Assembly (NCBI RefSeq): GCF_001194135.2
Contig: NC_069005.1
Span: forward strand, 34,218,511-34,282,510
Direction: 5' to 3'
Length of the DNA stretch: 64,000 nucleotides
Source: Octopus bimaculoides
Lineage: Eukaryota
Below the pieces are notes generated by a model. That model searched no databases, had not been told where the DNA came from, and saw only the letters and a program-made list of their open reading frames with translations. Numbering within the stretch: position 1 is the stretch's first letter; each line of letters begins with the position of its first letter. Positions 25,431 through 39,184 of the stretch are shown here, one piece after another. A program made the position numbers and the translations under genes.

Positions 25431-26187
25431 GTAAAAACGCAAAATCTCGTCACCAATTCCTGATCAGGCCTTTAAATGTAGCGACAGCGGGCGTTCGTGC
25501 GTTGGCTTTGTCAGTCANNNNNNNNNNNNNNNNNNNNNNNNNNNNNNNNNNNNNNNNNNNNNNNNNNNNNNNNNNNNNNNNNNNNNNNNNNNNNNNNNNN
25601 NNNNNNNNNNNNNNNNNNNNNNNNNNNNNNNNNNNNNNNNNNNNNNNNNNNNNNNNNNNNNNNNNNNNNNNNNNNNNNNNNNNNNNNNNNNNNNNNNNNN
25701 NNNNNNNNNNNNNNNNNNNNNNNNNNNNNNNNNNNNNNNNNNNNNNNNNNNNNNNNNNNNNNNNNNNNNNNNNNNNNNNNNNNNNNNNNNNNNNNNNNNN
25801 NNNNNNNNNNNNNNNNNNNNNNNNNNNNNNNNNNNNNNNNNNNNNNNNNNNNNNNNNNNNNNNNNNNNNNNNNNNNNNNNNNNNNNNNNNNNNNNNNNNN
25901 NNNNNNNNNNNNNNNNNNNNNNNNNNNNNNNNNNNNNNNNNNNNNNNNNNNNNNNNNNNNNNNNNNNNNNNNNNNNNNNNNNNNNNNNNNNNNNNNNNNN
26001 NNNNNNNNNNNNNNNNNNNNNNNNNNNNNNNNNNGGTACTGTTCGGAGTGCCAAAAGATGACATCGGTAGCGATGGTGGTGGAGGTGGCGGACCGGGTGC
26101 AAACGATGCTTGATATATAGTTAGTAGCGAAATTAATGGTGTGTGATAACGACGGTAGAACGGTGGTGCGTTGCAACTATAGCAGCT

Positions 26188-26218
<31 letters not shown>

Positions 26219-26767
26219 TAGTACTACTACTACTAGTAGTAGTAGTAGTAGTACTACTACTACTAGTAGTAGTAGTAGTAGTAGTGGAAATGTAAGAATT
26301 CTAGTGTTGAGCAATAACTTTTAGAATTATGCACACATAAACACACATGAGCATACACACACACACACACACACACATACACATGCACACATCTAATAAA
26401 GAAGACTAAAGAAGAGGTAACATCACCTCCACAATCGCACCTCATATCTACTACAAACAATATAACTATCATAATCGCTACACCAAGGCGGCACGCCAAC
26501 TTTATCCCTCCATATTAGGAGCCTTCACCTAATACGCTAGGACTGCTAATAGAGGAATCTGTCAACTGGAGCTCAGTTCACACAGCAGAATCTAGACACA
26601 GCGTTGAATATACAAACATATTTATATATATATATTTATAAGTATATATATATATTGTTGTACTTGGGGATGGTCATATTGCCAGTTTAGCCAATAAAAA
26701 CACACGCACTGTATATTTGGTGTTAATTTGCTTCAGCTTTATATTACATTAATCTTAATCTTATTTC

Positions 26768-26812
26768 GGCCAGAGTTCTTTCGTCACACTTCTGTGACCT
26801 CATCAGTGGTCC
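26768..26812 (-). ncRNA. Minimal type-I hammerhead ribozyme motif, intact core
   Basis: Minus strand: ggacca CTGATGA g GTCACA gaag TGTGAC GAAA g aa CTC tggcc. Stem I 5 bp with bulge, 6-bp stem II, 2-bp stem III, CUC triplet, one extra nt between A9 and stem II. Confidence 0.75.
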
Positions 26813-26827
26813 TTTGTTTCCTTCCTT

Positions 26828-26904
26828 CTTATGTGTGTCTCACCTTGCTAAATATCAGCCATTTACAAAATGGCTGATAGTTAGCAAGGTGAGACACACG
26901 TAAG
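26828..26904. repeat. 77-nt near-perfect palindrome (37-bp arms, 3-nt loop)
   Basis: cttatgtgtgtctcaccttgctaaatatcagccattt-aca-aaatggctgatagttagcaaggtgagacacacgtaag; 35/37 Watson-Crick pairs; right arm ends at the N-gap. Confidence 0.95.
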
Positions 26905-27267
26905 NNNNNNNNNNNNNNNNNNNNNNNNNNNNNNNNNNNNNNNNNNNNNNNNNNNNNNNNNNNNNNNNNNNNNNNNNNNNNNNNNNNNNNNNNNNNNNNN
27001 NNNNNNNNNNNNNNNNNNNNNNNNNNNNNNNNNNNNNNNNNNNNNNNNNNNNNNNNNNNNNNNNNNNNNNNNNNNNNNNNNNNNNNNNNNNNNNNNNNNN
27101 NNNNNNNNNNNNNNNNNNNNNNNNNNNNNNNNNNNNNNNNNNNNNNNNNNNNNNNNNNNNNNNNNATTTATATATAAACGGAAGGAGAGATTGTGAGAGA
27201 TCTGATATGCAAAACAGAAGAATTGTAACGTGTATAATACATGTGTGCGTACGTGTACGTGTGTTTG

Positions 27268-27310
<43 letters not shown>

Positions 27311-27655
27311 TTTGTATGTATAATAACATCAAAATATTTGCTGTAGAAATGACCCAATGAAGTGTTGTTTTATTAATAAACACATTGAATATTGTTTTGA
27401 AGCTTCGCCGGTGGCGTCTTGTCAAGCTGTGCGTTTGACAGGAGACCAGCGACGAACCACCGATATTCTGGTTAACACACACACACACATCAGTATAGGG
27501 ATATAAATACGCGTGTATATATACTTATATACGGGTACATTGATACACACACACGCATACACACACATATATATATGCACATAGGTACATGTACATATTA
27601 ATATTGGATATAACCATATATATATACGTAGATTTGTACAAACATACACACACAC

Positions 27656-27774
<119 letters not shown>

Positions 27775-27933
27775 TATGTTTCTATGTATGTGTGTGTTGG
27801 TGTGGAGCATATATATTTATATGTATATATAAACACACACACACGTGTGTGCGTGTGAATATATTTAATCATATATATGTATCTAACATGCATATATGTA
27901 CATATATATGTGTGTGCATGTATGTTAATGGTG

Positions 27934-27972
<39 letters not shown>

Positions 27973-28485
27973 TTATACATGGATATATATGACATACATA
28001 ACTGGATTTGTGTGGGAGGTATGTATGTGCATGTTTACATCAAAACATACATCACTCACCTCATTATACATGGAACAAGAATATTGTTCTTTATCTATTC
28101 CATTCTTATCCACCACTATTCCATAATTCTACAAATAAACAACAACCTATTTCTGTCTCTCTCTCTCTCTCTCTCTCTGTCTATATAAATGATAACGTAC
28201 GTCTTAACCGTTGACATCGCTTGATCCTGCAGCCGTCCGCACACACACACACTTCTGCGTGTAAGTGGGGGTGTTATAAGCACGTCACGTATGTTGTCAT
28301 ACAAGTAGCACATCATGTCTTGCAGATAAGAAATATTAACCCACACGTAATAATCTTACTTCCACAGCGTAGCAGCACACACGTGTACAAATAAATACGT
28401 ATGTGTACATAAATAGACACATGTGTGCGAAACCATGTGAGTATGTATATGGACACAAAGAGTTATCCGACAAATTCACACACAT

Positions 28486-28533
<48 letters not shown>

Positions 28534-29231
28534 CTATATAACTATACATATGTGTATGTATATACATAAATATATGTGTATATTTCTCTCTCTCTTTCTC
28601 TCTATTTCTCTCTATATATATGCGTGTGTGTGTGCGTGTGTGCATGTATATATGTATATATATATATATTATATAACCGATGCATATATATATATATATA
28701 CATACATAGATACAGACATACGTATGCATACACATCTACACACACACATATATATACTCACAAACATACATACACACATACGTATACATACACATCTACA
28801 TTATATGTANNNNNNNNNNAAACATACATACACACATACGTATACATACACATCTACATTATATGTATATATATATATATATACATACATACATACATAC
28901 ATCCATACATACATACATACATGCATGCATGCATACATACATTTACCTTCCATGCATTTACATATCTCCATTTATCTCTATCTCTCCACCCATAAATTAG
29001 ACTTTGCATAAGTGTTCACACCCTCCAATATACAACTAAACTACATTTTCTCCTGCAAAGAAAAAAAAAACAACCCATAAAACAAAAGACCTGCTTTCTT
29101 CTTTCACACTCTGCCCCAATGATTTATAGTCTCAGAAGATTCTACCATAAAGTCCATCTCTCGTCAATCAAAAACGCAATAACGGAATTGAACTCCTCCT
29201 ACTTTGGTTTCGTACCCTTGCCGTGTTCTTA

Positions 29232-29605
<374 letters not shown>

Positions 29606-29832
29606 GCATTAATATTAATATTATGATGCTTGTCATTGTTATAATTATATTGTGAGTTGCCATATTATGCCTTCCGGTTATAATTTACATAATATATATA
29701 TTTATATACATACATACATACACACACACATATATATATACATAGACATATGTATATATATATGCATATATATATATATATACATATACATACATATGAA
29801 CGCATGTTTATACATATATGTTTATATATGTT

Positions 29833-29930
<98 letters not shown>

Positions 29931-30079
29931 TGTATAATTGTATGTATTGGTATGTATGTTTATATAGCCATTAAAACGCAGGGTTCTGTTGTTCATGTTA
30001 CCCACGAGGCAAATACAAACATTGGTTGTTTTATCAATATCCTACACCTTTTTTTGTACACAACAAACACTTTATTTGT

Positions 30080-30119
<40 letters not shown>

Positions 30120-30122
30120 ATC

Positions 30123-30180
<58 letters not shown>

Positions 30181-30643
30181 CACTTATAGTTTCTATAGTA
30201 AGTTTATTACAAGAGGTTTCATTTATATGCCGACTCGTACAAATTCGCACAAAGTTATTGCGTGTGTGCGTCTGTGCTTTTGTGCAAATCTATTACTTGC
30301 TATTGTTTATTACGTTGCAGGAAAAACAAGGAGACATTTACTAATGGTAGGACTCAATACATATACTTAGTGAAGTTTATCGACAATACTCTTGTCGCAG
30401 TCAACTATAAATTAGCAGTAAATTATGTAAGTGTAAATATTGAACACTTGCTGTATTGTGGATCTGTTACTCCAGTTCAATGCAGCTTCTGGCTTTGTTG
30501 AATGCATAAACAGGGTGGCTTCTTGTTTCTCCGGAATTCGTCAAATTGTTGCCGACACCTCTGATGCGACCCAGATAAGCTTCGTTCCAATCTTGAGAGA
30601 AATAAATTTGTCCTGTTGATATATCCCTTTCTACTATAGACAC

Positions 30644-30838
30644 ATGGCCAGAAATTTGGTAGGAAGGGGCCAGTCGATTAGATCCATACCGGTGTTTCAC
30701 TGCTACTTAATTTTTCGACAACGAAAGGGTGAAAGGCAAAGTCGACCTCGGCGGCATTTGAACTCAGGACGTAGCGACAGACGAAATACCGCCAAGCATT
30801 TCGCCCGGCGTGCTAACGATTCTGCTAGCTCGCCGCCT
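30644..30838 (-). mobile_element. SINE family B, near full length
   Basis: Reverse strand ggcggcgagctagcagaatcgttagcacgccgggcgaaatgcttggcggtatttcgtctgtcgctacgtcctgagttcaaatgccgccgaggtcgac (A and B boxes). Confidence 0.9.
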
Positions 30839-30845
30839 TCACTCT

Positions 30846-30853
30846 ATCTATCT

Positions 30854-30924
<71 letters not shown>

Positions 30925-30941
30925 TAGATAAATAGATGGAC

Positions 30942-30979
<38 letters not shown>

Positions 30980-30980
30980 G
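30846..30980. repeat. (AGAT)n microsatellite
   Basis: Direct reading. Confidence 0.97.
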
Positions 30981-31296
30981 CAGACAGAAGACAGACAGAC
31001 AGACAGACATGTTCATATACACCATCCTCTCACAAGATTGTTGACTTATGCAAACTGACAGTACTCTATCATTTTCTTTCAGTACTATTCACTCGTGCTT
31101 CCTTTCGTCCCCTCTCTATCTTCTTATTTTGTTTTCCACCTTTCTCTATCTCTCTCTCTCCCTCTTACTCTCTCTCCCCCTTTCTCTTTGTGTTTTCTCT
31201 CTTCTCGGTAGACATGTCTATCTTCTATACTTAGTAGCCGAATTACTGCTCAAACCACAGATGTTGTGAAATATAAATACGTATGTATGTGTGTGT

Positions 31297-31329
<33 letters not shown>

Positions 31330-31376
31330 NNNNNNNNNNNNNNNNNNNNNNNNNNNNNNNNNNNNNNNNNNNNNNN

Positions 31377-31410
<34 letters not shown>

Positions 31411-31444
31411 AGAGAGAGAGAGATGGGGGTATAAACAGCTAGAT

Positions 31445-31475
<31 letters not shown>

Positions 31476-31509
31476 AGGAAAGCCAATCACAGAGCATCAG
31501 TGAGAGAGT

Positions 31510-31670
31510 AAAAATCGTGCCACCAATTTGTTATCGTGTTTCCATTGAAGTCCTGTTTACCAAAAACAACCTAAAGACCATTTGAAGAAGCATTTGTTCC
31601 AAGATCACCAGAAAGAAGCAGAATTCTTTGAAGGAGATAGAAAAAATCTAAAGACCCAAAGAATCTCGAG
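31510..31670 (+). mobile_element. Probable hAT N-terminal (BED-finger region) fragment
   Basis: ICYRVSIEVLFTKNNLK / KDHLKKHLFQDHQKEAEFFEGDRKNLKTQRI resembles the Charlie-type C..C.EVLS.ESMKP.KLKRHL..KH....K..EFF.RK...LK.Q, with a frameshift. Confidence 0.4.
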
Positions 31671-32104
31671 GTTATCTTTTATAGAACGTCTTTTGTTATC
31701 TCTGAGACCCCCATCTGTATCAGAATTGTCTTAAATTCCATTGCTCTTATTACACCATTATTGTTAATCTCCAGACTTTTATTCCATTTCGTATCTACGA
31801 TGCCTTTTATTGCATAATTCTTATGTATCGTATTCTATTATTCTAATGCCAACTTTATGCCATGATTCCAGTATTCCATGATAACATTATTCGTATCTTC
31901 TTTATTTCGTTTTGTTTTGCCACCGTTCGCTTTTTAATCCCATTCTTCTGGTACCTTTTTCATCTCATTATGGCCCGCCTCCATTATTCTGGTTATCTTA
32001 TCTTCTTCAGTGATTCTTATGTCAACCATTCCAAGTTCCACATATAAACAAGTAAACAACTTTCTCTCTCTCTATATCTATCTATCTCTCACTCTCTCTC
32101 TCTG

Positions 32105-32154
<50 letters not shown>

Positions 32155-32574
32155 TCTCTCTCTATCTCTCTCTTTCTATCTTCTATCTATCGATCTTTGT
32201 ATTTTTAGTGCTTTCTTTCAGACATAGACACAATGGTCTGACTCTTTTTATCTCGATATGTCTCTCACTCTCATTTGCATATCTGTTTCACACATACACT
32301 CTCTCCTTTTCTCTCTCTCTCACACACACACTCTCTCCCTTTCTCTCTCTCTCTCTCACACACACACAGACGCACACACACACACACACTTGTATATATG
32401 TGTTTATGTTGTGTCTCCGTGTCTGTGTGTGCGTGTATGTATGCATGTGTGCGTGGCGTGTCCGTGTGCTTGTATGTGTATATTAGCCACAAGTGTTCTG
32501 AGTGAAACAAAATCTCGTGAACCCTTTCATCTTCTGCTTGTACCGGGGTATCTCAGATTTCTCAGTAATGAAGA

Positions 32575-32960
32575 ACATTCCAGATCCTCTTGTCTATTTC
32601 AGCATCTAGGGAGAGTTTGTCGGTGATAGTGGAACCGAGGTACATGAACTGGTGGACAATCTCGAGCTCATAGTTGTCGATGGTGATGACAGGTGGTGCC
32701 GACGTGTCTTGACGTGTCTTCTTCAGACTGATGGTCATCCCGAAGTCTTTGCAGGCCTCAGCTAAGCAATACATCATCAGCTGCAGTTCCGTCTGAGTGT
32801 GAGTCGCAACTGCAGCTTCATCAGTGAACAGCGAACAGCATGACTCTAATGAGGGCATCACGGACCTTTGTGTTCGCTTTAAAGCGGGCAAGATTGAACA
32901 GCCCACCATCCGATCTCGTCCGTAAGTATATTCCCTCATGTGCTGTGCCAAATATATATA
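32575..32960 (-). mobile_element. RTE-clade LINE reverse transcriptase fragment
   Basis: GIYLRTRSDGGLFNLARFKANTKVRDALIRVM / LFTDEAAVATHTQTELQLMMYCLAEACKDFGMTISLKKT / PPVITIDNYELEIVHQFMYLGSTITDKLSLDAEIDKRI = RTE/BovB-like LFADD domain and FxYLGS motif; frameshifted. Confidence 0.95.
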
Positions 32961-33630
32961 GAGGGAATATATATGCATATNNNNNNNNNNNNNNNNNNNN
33001 NNNNNNNNNNNNNNNNNNNNNNNNNNNNNNNNNNNNNNNNNNNNNNNNNNNNNNNNNNNNNNNNNNNNNNNNNNNNNNNNNNNNNNNNNNNNNNNNNNNN
33101 NNNNNNNNNNNNNNNNNNNNNNNNNNNNNNNNNNNNNNNNNNNNNNNNNNNNNNNNNNNNNNNNNNNNNNNNNNNNNNNNNNNNNNNNNNNNNNNNNNNN
33201 NNNNNNNNNNNNNNNNNNNNNNNNNNNNNNNNNNNNNNNNNNNNNNNNNNNNNNNNNNNNNNNNNNNNNNNNNNNNNNNNNNNNNNNNNNNNNNNNNNNN
33301 NNNNNNNNNNNNNNNNNNNNNNNNNNNNNNNNNNNNNNNNNNNNNNNNNNNNNNNNNNNNNNNNNNNNNNNNNNNNNNNNNNNNNNNNNNNNNNNNNNNN
33401 NNNNNNNNNNNNNNNNNNNNNNNNNNNNNNNNNNNNNNNNNNNNNNNNNNNNNNNNNNNNNNNNNNNNNNNNNNNNNNNNNNNNNNNNNNNNNNNNNNNN
33501 NNNNNNNNNNNNNNNNNNNNNNNNNNNNNNNNNNNNNNNNNNNNNNNNNNNNNNNNNNNNNNNNNNNNNNNNNNNNNNNNNNNNNNNNNNNNNNNNNNNN
33601 NNNNNNNNGTGTGTGTGTGTGTGTGTGTGT

Positions 33631-33668
<38 letters not shown>

Positions 33669-34096
33669 ATAAATGTCTGGCATAATGCAAGTGTAAGTTA
33701 ATTTGTGCATGCACAAGAGCTACGAGGATATTTACTACCTTTTTCACAGCACAGTATCCAATAAGAGAAAGTTCTCTCTTATTAAAGAATGTCCAATAGC
33801 AAATAGAAAGGAAACGGTGAAGTGAGCGAATGAAGAATGGACAGGGACGAGTATTGCACTCTTCAATTGAGGAAATCTAAGACAGCGAGCTGCAGAAATA
33901 ACCCACGTTCTGACATCGGGTCACTGAACTGTCAACTTGTTTGAACTCTCTTACCAAAGTCTTACTTATACGTACATACATGCATACTTCTATACATACA
34001 TGTAGATATATATGAACGCATACACACACACATGTATACCTACATACACATTTACACGCATACGTGCATACATGCATGAACACACGCATACATACT

Positions 34097-34139
<43 letters not shown>

Positions 34140-34977
34140 NNNNNNNNNNNNNNNNNNNNNNNNNNNNNNNNNNNNNNNNNNNNNNNNNNNNNNNNNNNNN
34201 NNNNNNNNNNNNNNNNNNNNNNNNNNNNNNNNNNNNNNNNNNNNNNNNNNNNNNNNNNNNNNNNNNNNNNNNNNNNNNNNNNNNNNNNNNNNNNNNNNNN
34301 NNNNNNNNNNNNNNNNNNNNNNNNNNNNNNNNNNNNNNNNNNNNNNNNNNNNNNNNNNNNNNNNNNNNNNNNNNNNNNNNNNNNNNNNNNNNNNNNNNNN
34401 NNNNNNNNNNNNNNNNNNNNNNNNNNNNNNNNNNNNNNNNNNNNNNNNNNNNNNNNNNNNNNNNNNNNNNNNNNNNNNNNNNNNNNNNNNNNNNNNNNNN
34501 NNNNNNNNNNNNNNNNNNNNNNNNNNNNNNNNNNNNNNNNNNNNNNNNNNNNNNNNNNNNNNNNNNNNNNNNNNNNNNNNNNNNNNNNNNNNNNNNNNNN
34601 NNNNNNNNNNNNNNNNNNNNNNNNNNNNNNNNNNNNNNNNNNNNNNNNNNNNNNNNNNNNNNNNNNNNNNNNNNNNNNNNNNNNNNNNNNNNNNNNNNNN
34701 NNNNNNNNNNNNNNNNNNNNNNNNNNNNNNNNNNNNNNNNNNNNNNNNNNNNNNNNNNNNNNNNNNNNNNNNNNNNNNNNNNNNNNNNNNNNNNNNNNNN
34801 NNNNNNNNNNNNNNNNNNNNNNNNNNNNNNNNNNNNNNNNNNNNNNNNNNNNNNNNNNNNNNNNNNNNNNNNNNNNNNNNNNNNNNNNNNNNNNNNNNNN
34901 NNNNNNNNNNNNNNATATATATGCATATAAATATATATATGGATATTATACATATGTACGCAAACACACACACATGT

Positions 34978-35135
34978 TTGTGTGGTTAAGAAAATTGTTT
35001 CGCAATCACATGGTTCGGGGTTCGTTCTAATTGCGTGACCATCTCGGAAAGGTATTTCTCTGCTGTAGCCCCTTGTCCGATCAAAACCTTGTGAGTGGAT
35101 TTGGTAGACGAGAACTGAAAGAGTCTCGTTGTATC
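34978..35135 (+). mobile_element. SINE family A, 5' half
   Basis: gtgtggttaagaaaattgtttcgcaatcacatggttcggggttcg...ccttgtgagtggatttggtagacgagaactgaaag. Confidence 0.8.
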
Positions 35136-36034
35136 TCCCTATATATGTTATTTTATTATCCGTTCTCCGCAGACGAAACTATAGCATCTTCAGGTCATAA
35201 TTTGTTCGCCGAAAACCACCAAAACACCGAAATTTTCAAAACCACGTGACTATCGACTTTTTACGTATTCTTTGTTATTTTTGTCTCTATGATGTTTGCT
35301 TCTATTTATTTTATATATATATATTTCGCATTATTTTTTTTTTACAGTTGAACAAAAAAAAAGTGAAACAGCCCACAGTTTTTGAGTTATATTCACCCCG
35401 CGGGTTAATATTTCTTGCAGCCGAGTTATGGAGCGTGTAGGAGGGCAGCCAGGATGGAATTGGTGATGTCGCGAAATGCTAATCGATACTAACAAAGCAA
35501 AAGTCGATATCACTTAAGACATAGTAATGTTTTTCGAAATCACTATATCAGTTTCACCTTTGAACTCTTCCATCTCAGATGTACAGCGTCTACACTGTTA
35601 GTGGGTGGATGCTTGTCTCTCTACCCACCTCTATCCCCCTCACACACACTCACACACACATACACACTCTGTGTACACACACACACACACATATACATAT
35701 ATATACAGAGAAACTCACACACATTCATGAAAGTATATATATGTGTTTGTGTGTGTGTGCGCGCGTGTGTATGTGCGCGCGTGTGTATGTGCGTGCGTCT
35801 ATGTTTATACTTCAGTTTTCATATGTATAAAGGTATACAGGTATATGTATGTGTGTATATATATAATATATATTCATATATATATATATATATTCATAAG
35901 TGTCTCGTTTGTATATTTTATGAACATACACAATAATGATATATTTGTGTAGCATTCAAACGTATGAGCATTTATGTATACGCATGGATGTGCGTGTATA
36001 CACATACACCTATGTATATCATGCGGGCACTCTA

Positions 36035-36083
<49 letters not shown>

Positions 36084-36093
36084 NNNNNNNNNN

Positions 36094-36132
<39 letters not shown>

Positions 36133-36595
36133 TGTGTGTGTGTGTGTGTGTCTAGATATGAGTGCGTGTAGAGGCGTTAGTCCGTTCAGAGACAAAAAGT
36201 TGTGGGTTGATAGACAATGGCCTGTCTGAATGACACACATACACACACACACACACACACAAACACATGCACACACAGATACACTTACAAACATACAAAT
36301 ATATACACACATAAATACACAGATATGCCTATCTGTCTGACTCAATGTGTTTGTGTGTGCTCGTGCGTGTGTGTGTCTTTGTGTCTCTGTTCTCTGTATA
36401 CATATATACATTCATGTATATGCATATATTTGTGTATGTCTGTAAATGTACGCCTATGTGTGCGTGGGTATTACATATGGGTATATAAATACATGCGCAC
36501 GTGCGCATATATATATAGCATATTTCATATAGACACAATTTCATATACATCAGCGTGTGCCGCACGCATGTACATACATACGTGTATATATATGT

Positions 36596-36664
<69 letters not shown>

Positions 36665-37083
36665 NNNNNNNNNNNNNNNNNNNNNNNNNNNNNNNNNNNN
36701 NNNNNNNNNNNNNNNNNNNNNNNNNNNNNNNNNNNNNNNNNNNNNNNNNNNNNNNNNNNNNNNNNNNNNNNNNNNNNNNNNNNNNNNNNNNNNNNNNNNN
36801 NNNNNNNNNNNNNNNNNNNNNNNNNNNNNNNNNNNNNNNNNNNNNNNNNNNNNNNNNNNNNNNNNNNNNNNNNNNNNNNNNNNNNNNNNNNNNNNNNNNN
36901 NNNNNNNNNNNNNNNNNNNNNNNNNNNNNNNNNNNNNNNNNNNNNNNNNNNNNNNNNNNNNNNNNNNNNNNNNNNNNNNNNNNNNNNNNNNNNNNNNNNN
37001 NNNNNNNNNNNNNNNNNNNNNNNNNNNNNNNNNNNNNNNNNNNNNNNNNNNNNNNNNNNNNNNNNNNNNNNNNNNNNNNNNNN

Positions 37084-37114
<31 letters not shown>

Positions 37115-37252
37115 GTGCATATATACATCCACCCACAATAACAGTACCATACTCTTGTTCAATGTCAGATCAATGATCAATATTGACAAATGGTAAGCCA
37201 AACTTGAATCTAGGTGTGTGTGTCTATATATTTACTACCAATTAGATGCGTG

Positions 37253-37290
<38 letters not shown>

Positions 37291-37581
37291 CACGCATCCA
37301 ATTATATATATACAAATATTTTTATATATATATGTATGTATGTATATATGCATATGTATGTGTGCGCGTGTATGTGTGAGTATTTGTGTAACTGTGAGGC
37401 TGTGTTTGTGTTGTGCGAGTGGGGAACAAAGGTTGCGCACACGAGTATTTCTAGAGACAGACGTATAATAGCAGGAAAGGTGGGGAGGAAGGGACGGGGT
37501 GGAGTGAGGAAGAAAGGAGAAGTAGAAAGAGGTAGGCAAAGATGGAGAGAAGGAGAGAATGGGAAAAAAAGAAAAGAGAAA

Positions 37582-37636
<55 letters not shown>

Positions 37637-38144
37637 NNNNNNNNNNNNNNNNNNNNNNNNNNNNNNNNNNNNNNNNNNNNNNNNNNNNNNNNNNNNNNNN
37701 NNNNNNNNNNNNNNNNNNNNNNNNNNNNNNNNNNNNNNNNNNNNNNNNNNNNNNNNNNNNNNNNNNNNNNNNNNNNNNNNNNNNNNNNNNNNNNNNNNNN
37801 NNNNNNNNNNNNNNNNNNNNNNNNNNNNNNNNNNNNNNNNNNNNNNNNNNNNNNNNNNNNNNNNNNNNNNNNNNNNNNNNNNNNNNNNNNNNNNNNNNNN
37901 NNNNNNNNNNNNNNNNNNNNNNNNNNNNNNNNNNNNNNNNNNNNNNNNNNNNNNNNNNNNNNNNNNNNNNNNNNNNNNNNNNNNNNNNNNNNNNNNNNNN
38001 NNNNNNNNNNNNNNNNNNNNNNNNNNNNNNNNNNNNNNNNNNNNNNNNNNNNNNNNNNNNNNNNNNNNNNNNNNNNNNNNNNNNNNNNNNNNNNNNNNNN
38101 NNNNNNNNNNNNNNNNNNNNNNNNNNNNNNNNNNNNNNNNNNNN

Positions 38145-38199
<55 letters not shown>

Positions 38200-38554
38200 T
38201 ACACACACACAAACAAACAAATAAGCGTATGTAATTATGCATACAGTCTCTCCACCGTCTCTTACTACCCCTCCTCTTTTCTCTCCTTCTCGACCAAAAA
38301 CATTGCACGCAATTCTATTAGAAAAACTGGAATAAATTGGATGCAGATTTGTCGAGAGAAATTGTTTAAATATAAGAAAACACACAGAAGCGGAGACACA
38401 AGAAAAAGGGACTGTCACATGGGTGTGGGCATGTTGACCCCGTCCAAAGAAACTGACAAGTGTGGGTCTAATTGAGACATAGGTTTTTATTTTAGTTGTG
38501 GAATTACTGAACAACAAACAAATGGACATAGTCTGTGTACATAATTCTATAGAT

Positions 38555-38566
38555 AAATTCAGTGTG

Positions 38567-38622
<56 letters not shown>

Positions 38623-38790
38623 GTCCAGAGGTGTTGACTGGTAAGATACGCACAGTGTGTGGATGTTATCTGGATAGATAGGCATACTGTGAAGATGCTG
38701 ACTGGATGGATGCATACAACGTGTAGACGTTGTGTGAACAGGTAAACACATTCTCTAGATTTTAACTGGATAAACAGACGCTAACTTGTT
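38555..38790. repeat. Degenerate ~30-bp minisatellite (tgtgtagatgttgactggatagatag-like), block 1
   Basis: Recurring gatgttgactgg / gatgttatctgg / gatgctgactgg / gattttaactgg units; same unit again at 39880-40240. Confidence 0.7.
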
Positions 38791-39099
38791 GTTATCTGGT
38801 TTAACTCGTTCATTGTGTAGATGGTGATTAAATAAACAAACACGGGGTGTAGATCGTGATTAAGTATATAGACAGTCGATGTATATAACGTTTGAATGAT
38901 TAGACACTCCAGTTTCATTCCGTTTGGGTACGGATATATATCTATTGTAATGGTGGTCTGCCCTTGGACAGGTTCTGTGCATGTGAATCTTGTGTGCATG
39001 TGAATATATATATATATAGTGTGTGTGTGGAGAGAGAGAGAGAGGGGGGGAGAGAGGGGGGAGAGAGAGAGATGTTGGCTTGGGCGGTTATCGGACCAG

Positions 39100-39175
39100 G
39101 CTCAGCCAGTTGCACGTTAATTTCACGAGCAAGCTGTTCCGTTGATCGGAGCAACTGGAAACTCTCGTCGTCATA
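39100..39175 (+). mobile_element. SINE family C, probable 3' tail fragment
   Basis: ctcagccagttgcacgttaatttcacgagcaagctgttccgttgatcggagcaactgg; family assignment is from recalled octopus CORE-SINE tails, not from another copy in this window. Confidence 0.4.
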
Positions 39176-39184
39176 TTTATTAGG

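Larger units (their letters stand above)
26650..26904 (-). mobile_element. Hammerhead-bearing repeat (Penelope pLTR-like) with terminal fold-back
   Basis: Contains the hammerhead core and the 77-nt palindrome; homologous decayed copy at 5640-5780. Confidence 0.6.

Noticed and set aside
31551-31670. 120-nt phase-2 exon candidate compatible with 25252-25430
   Set aside because: Better explained as a hAT N-terminal fragment, and the donor is weak
35165-35200. GAAACTATAGC with a palindromic stem-III-like segment
   Set aside because: No CUGANGA box upstream on the same strand
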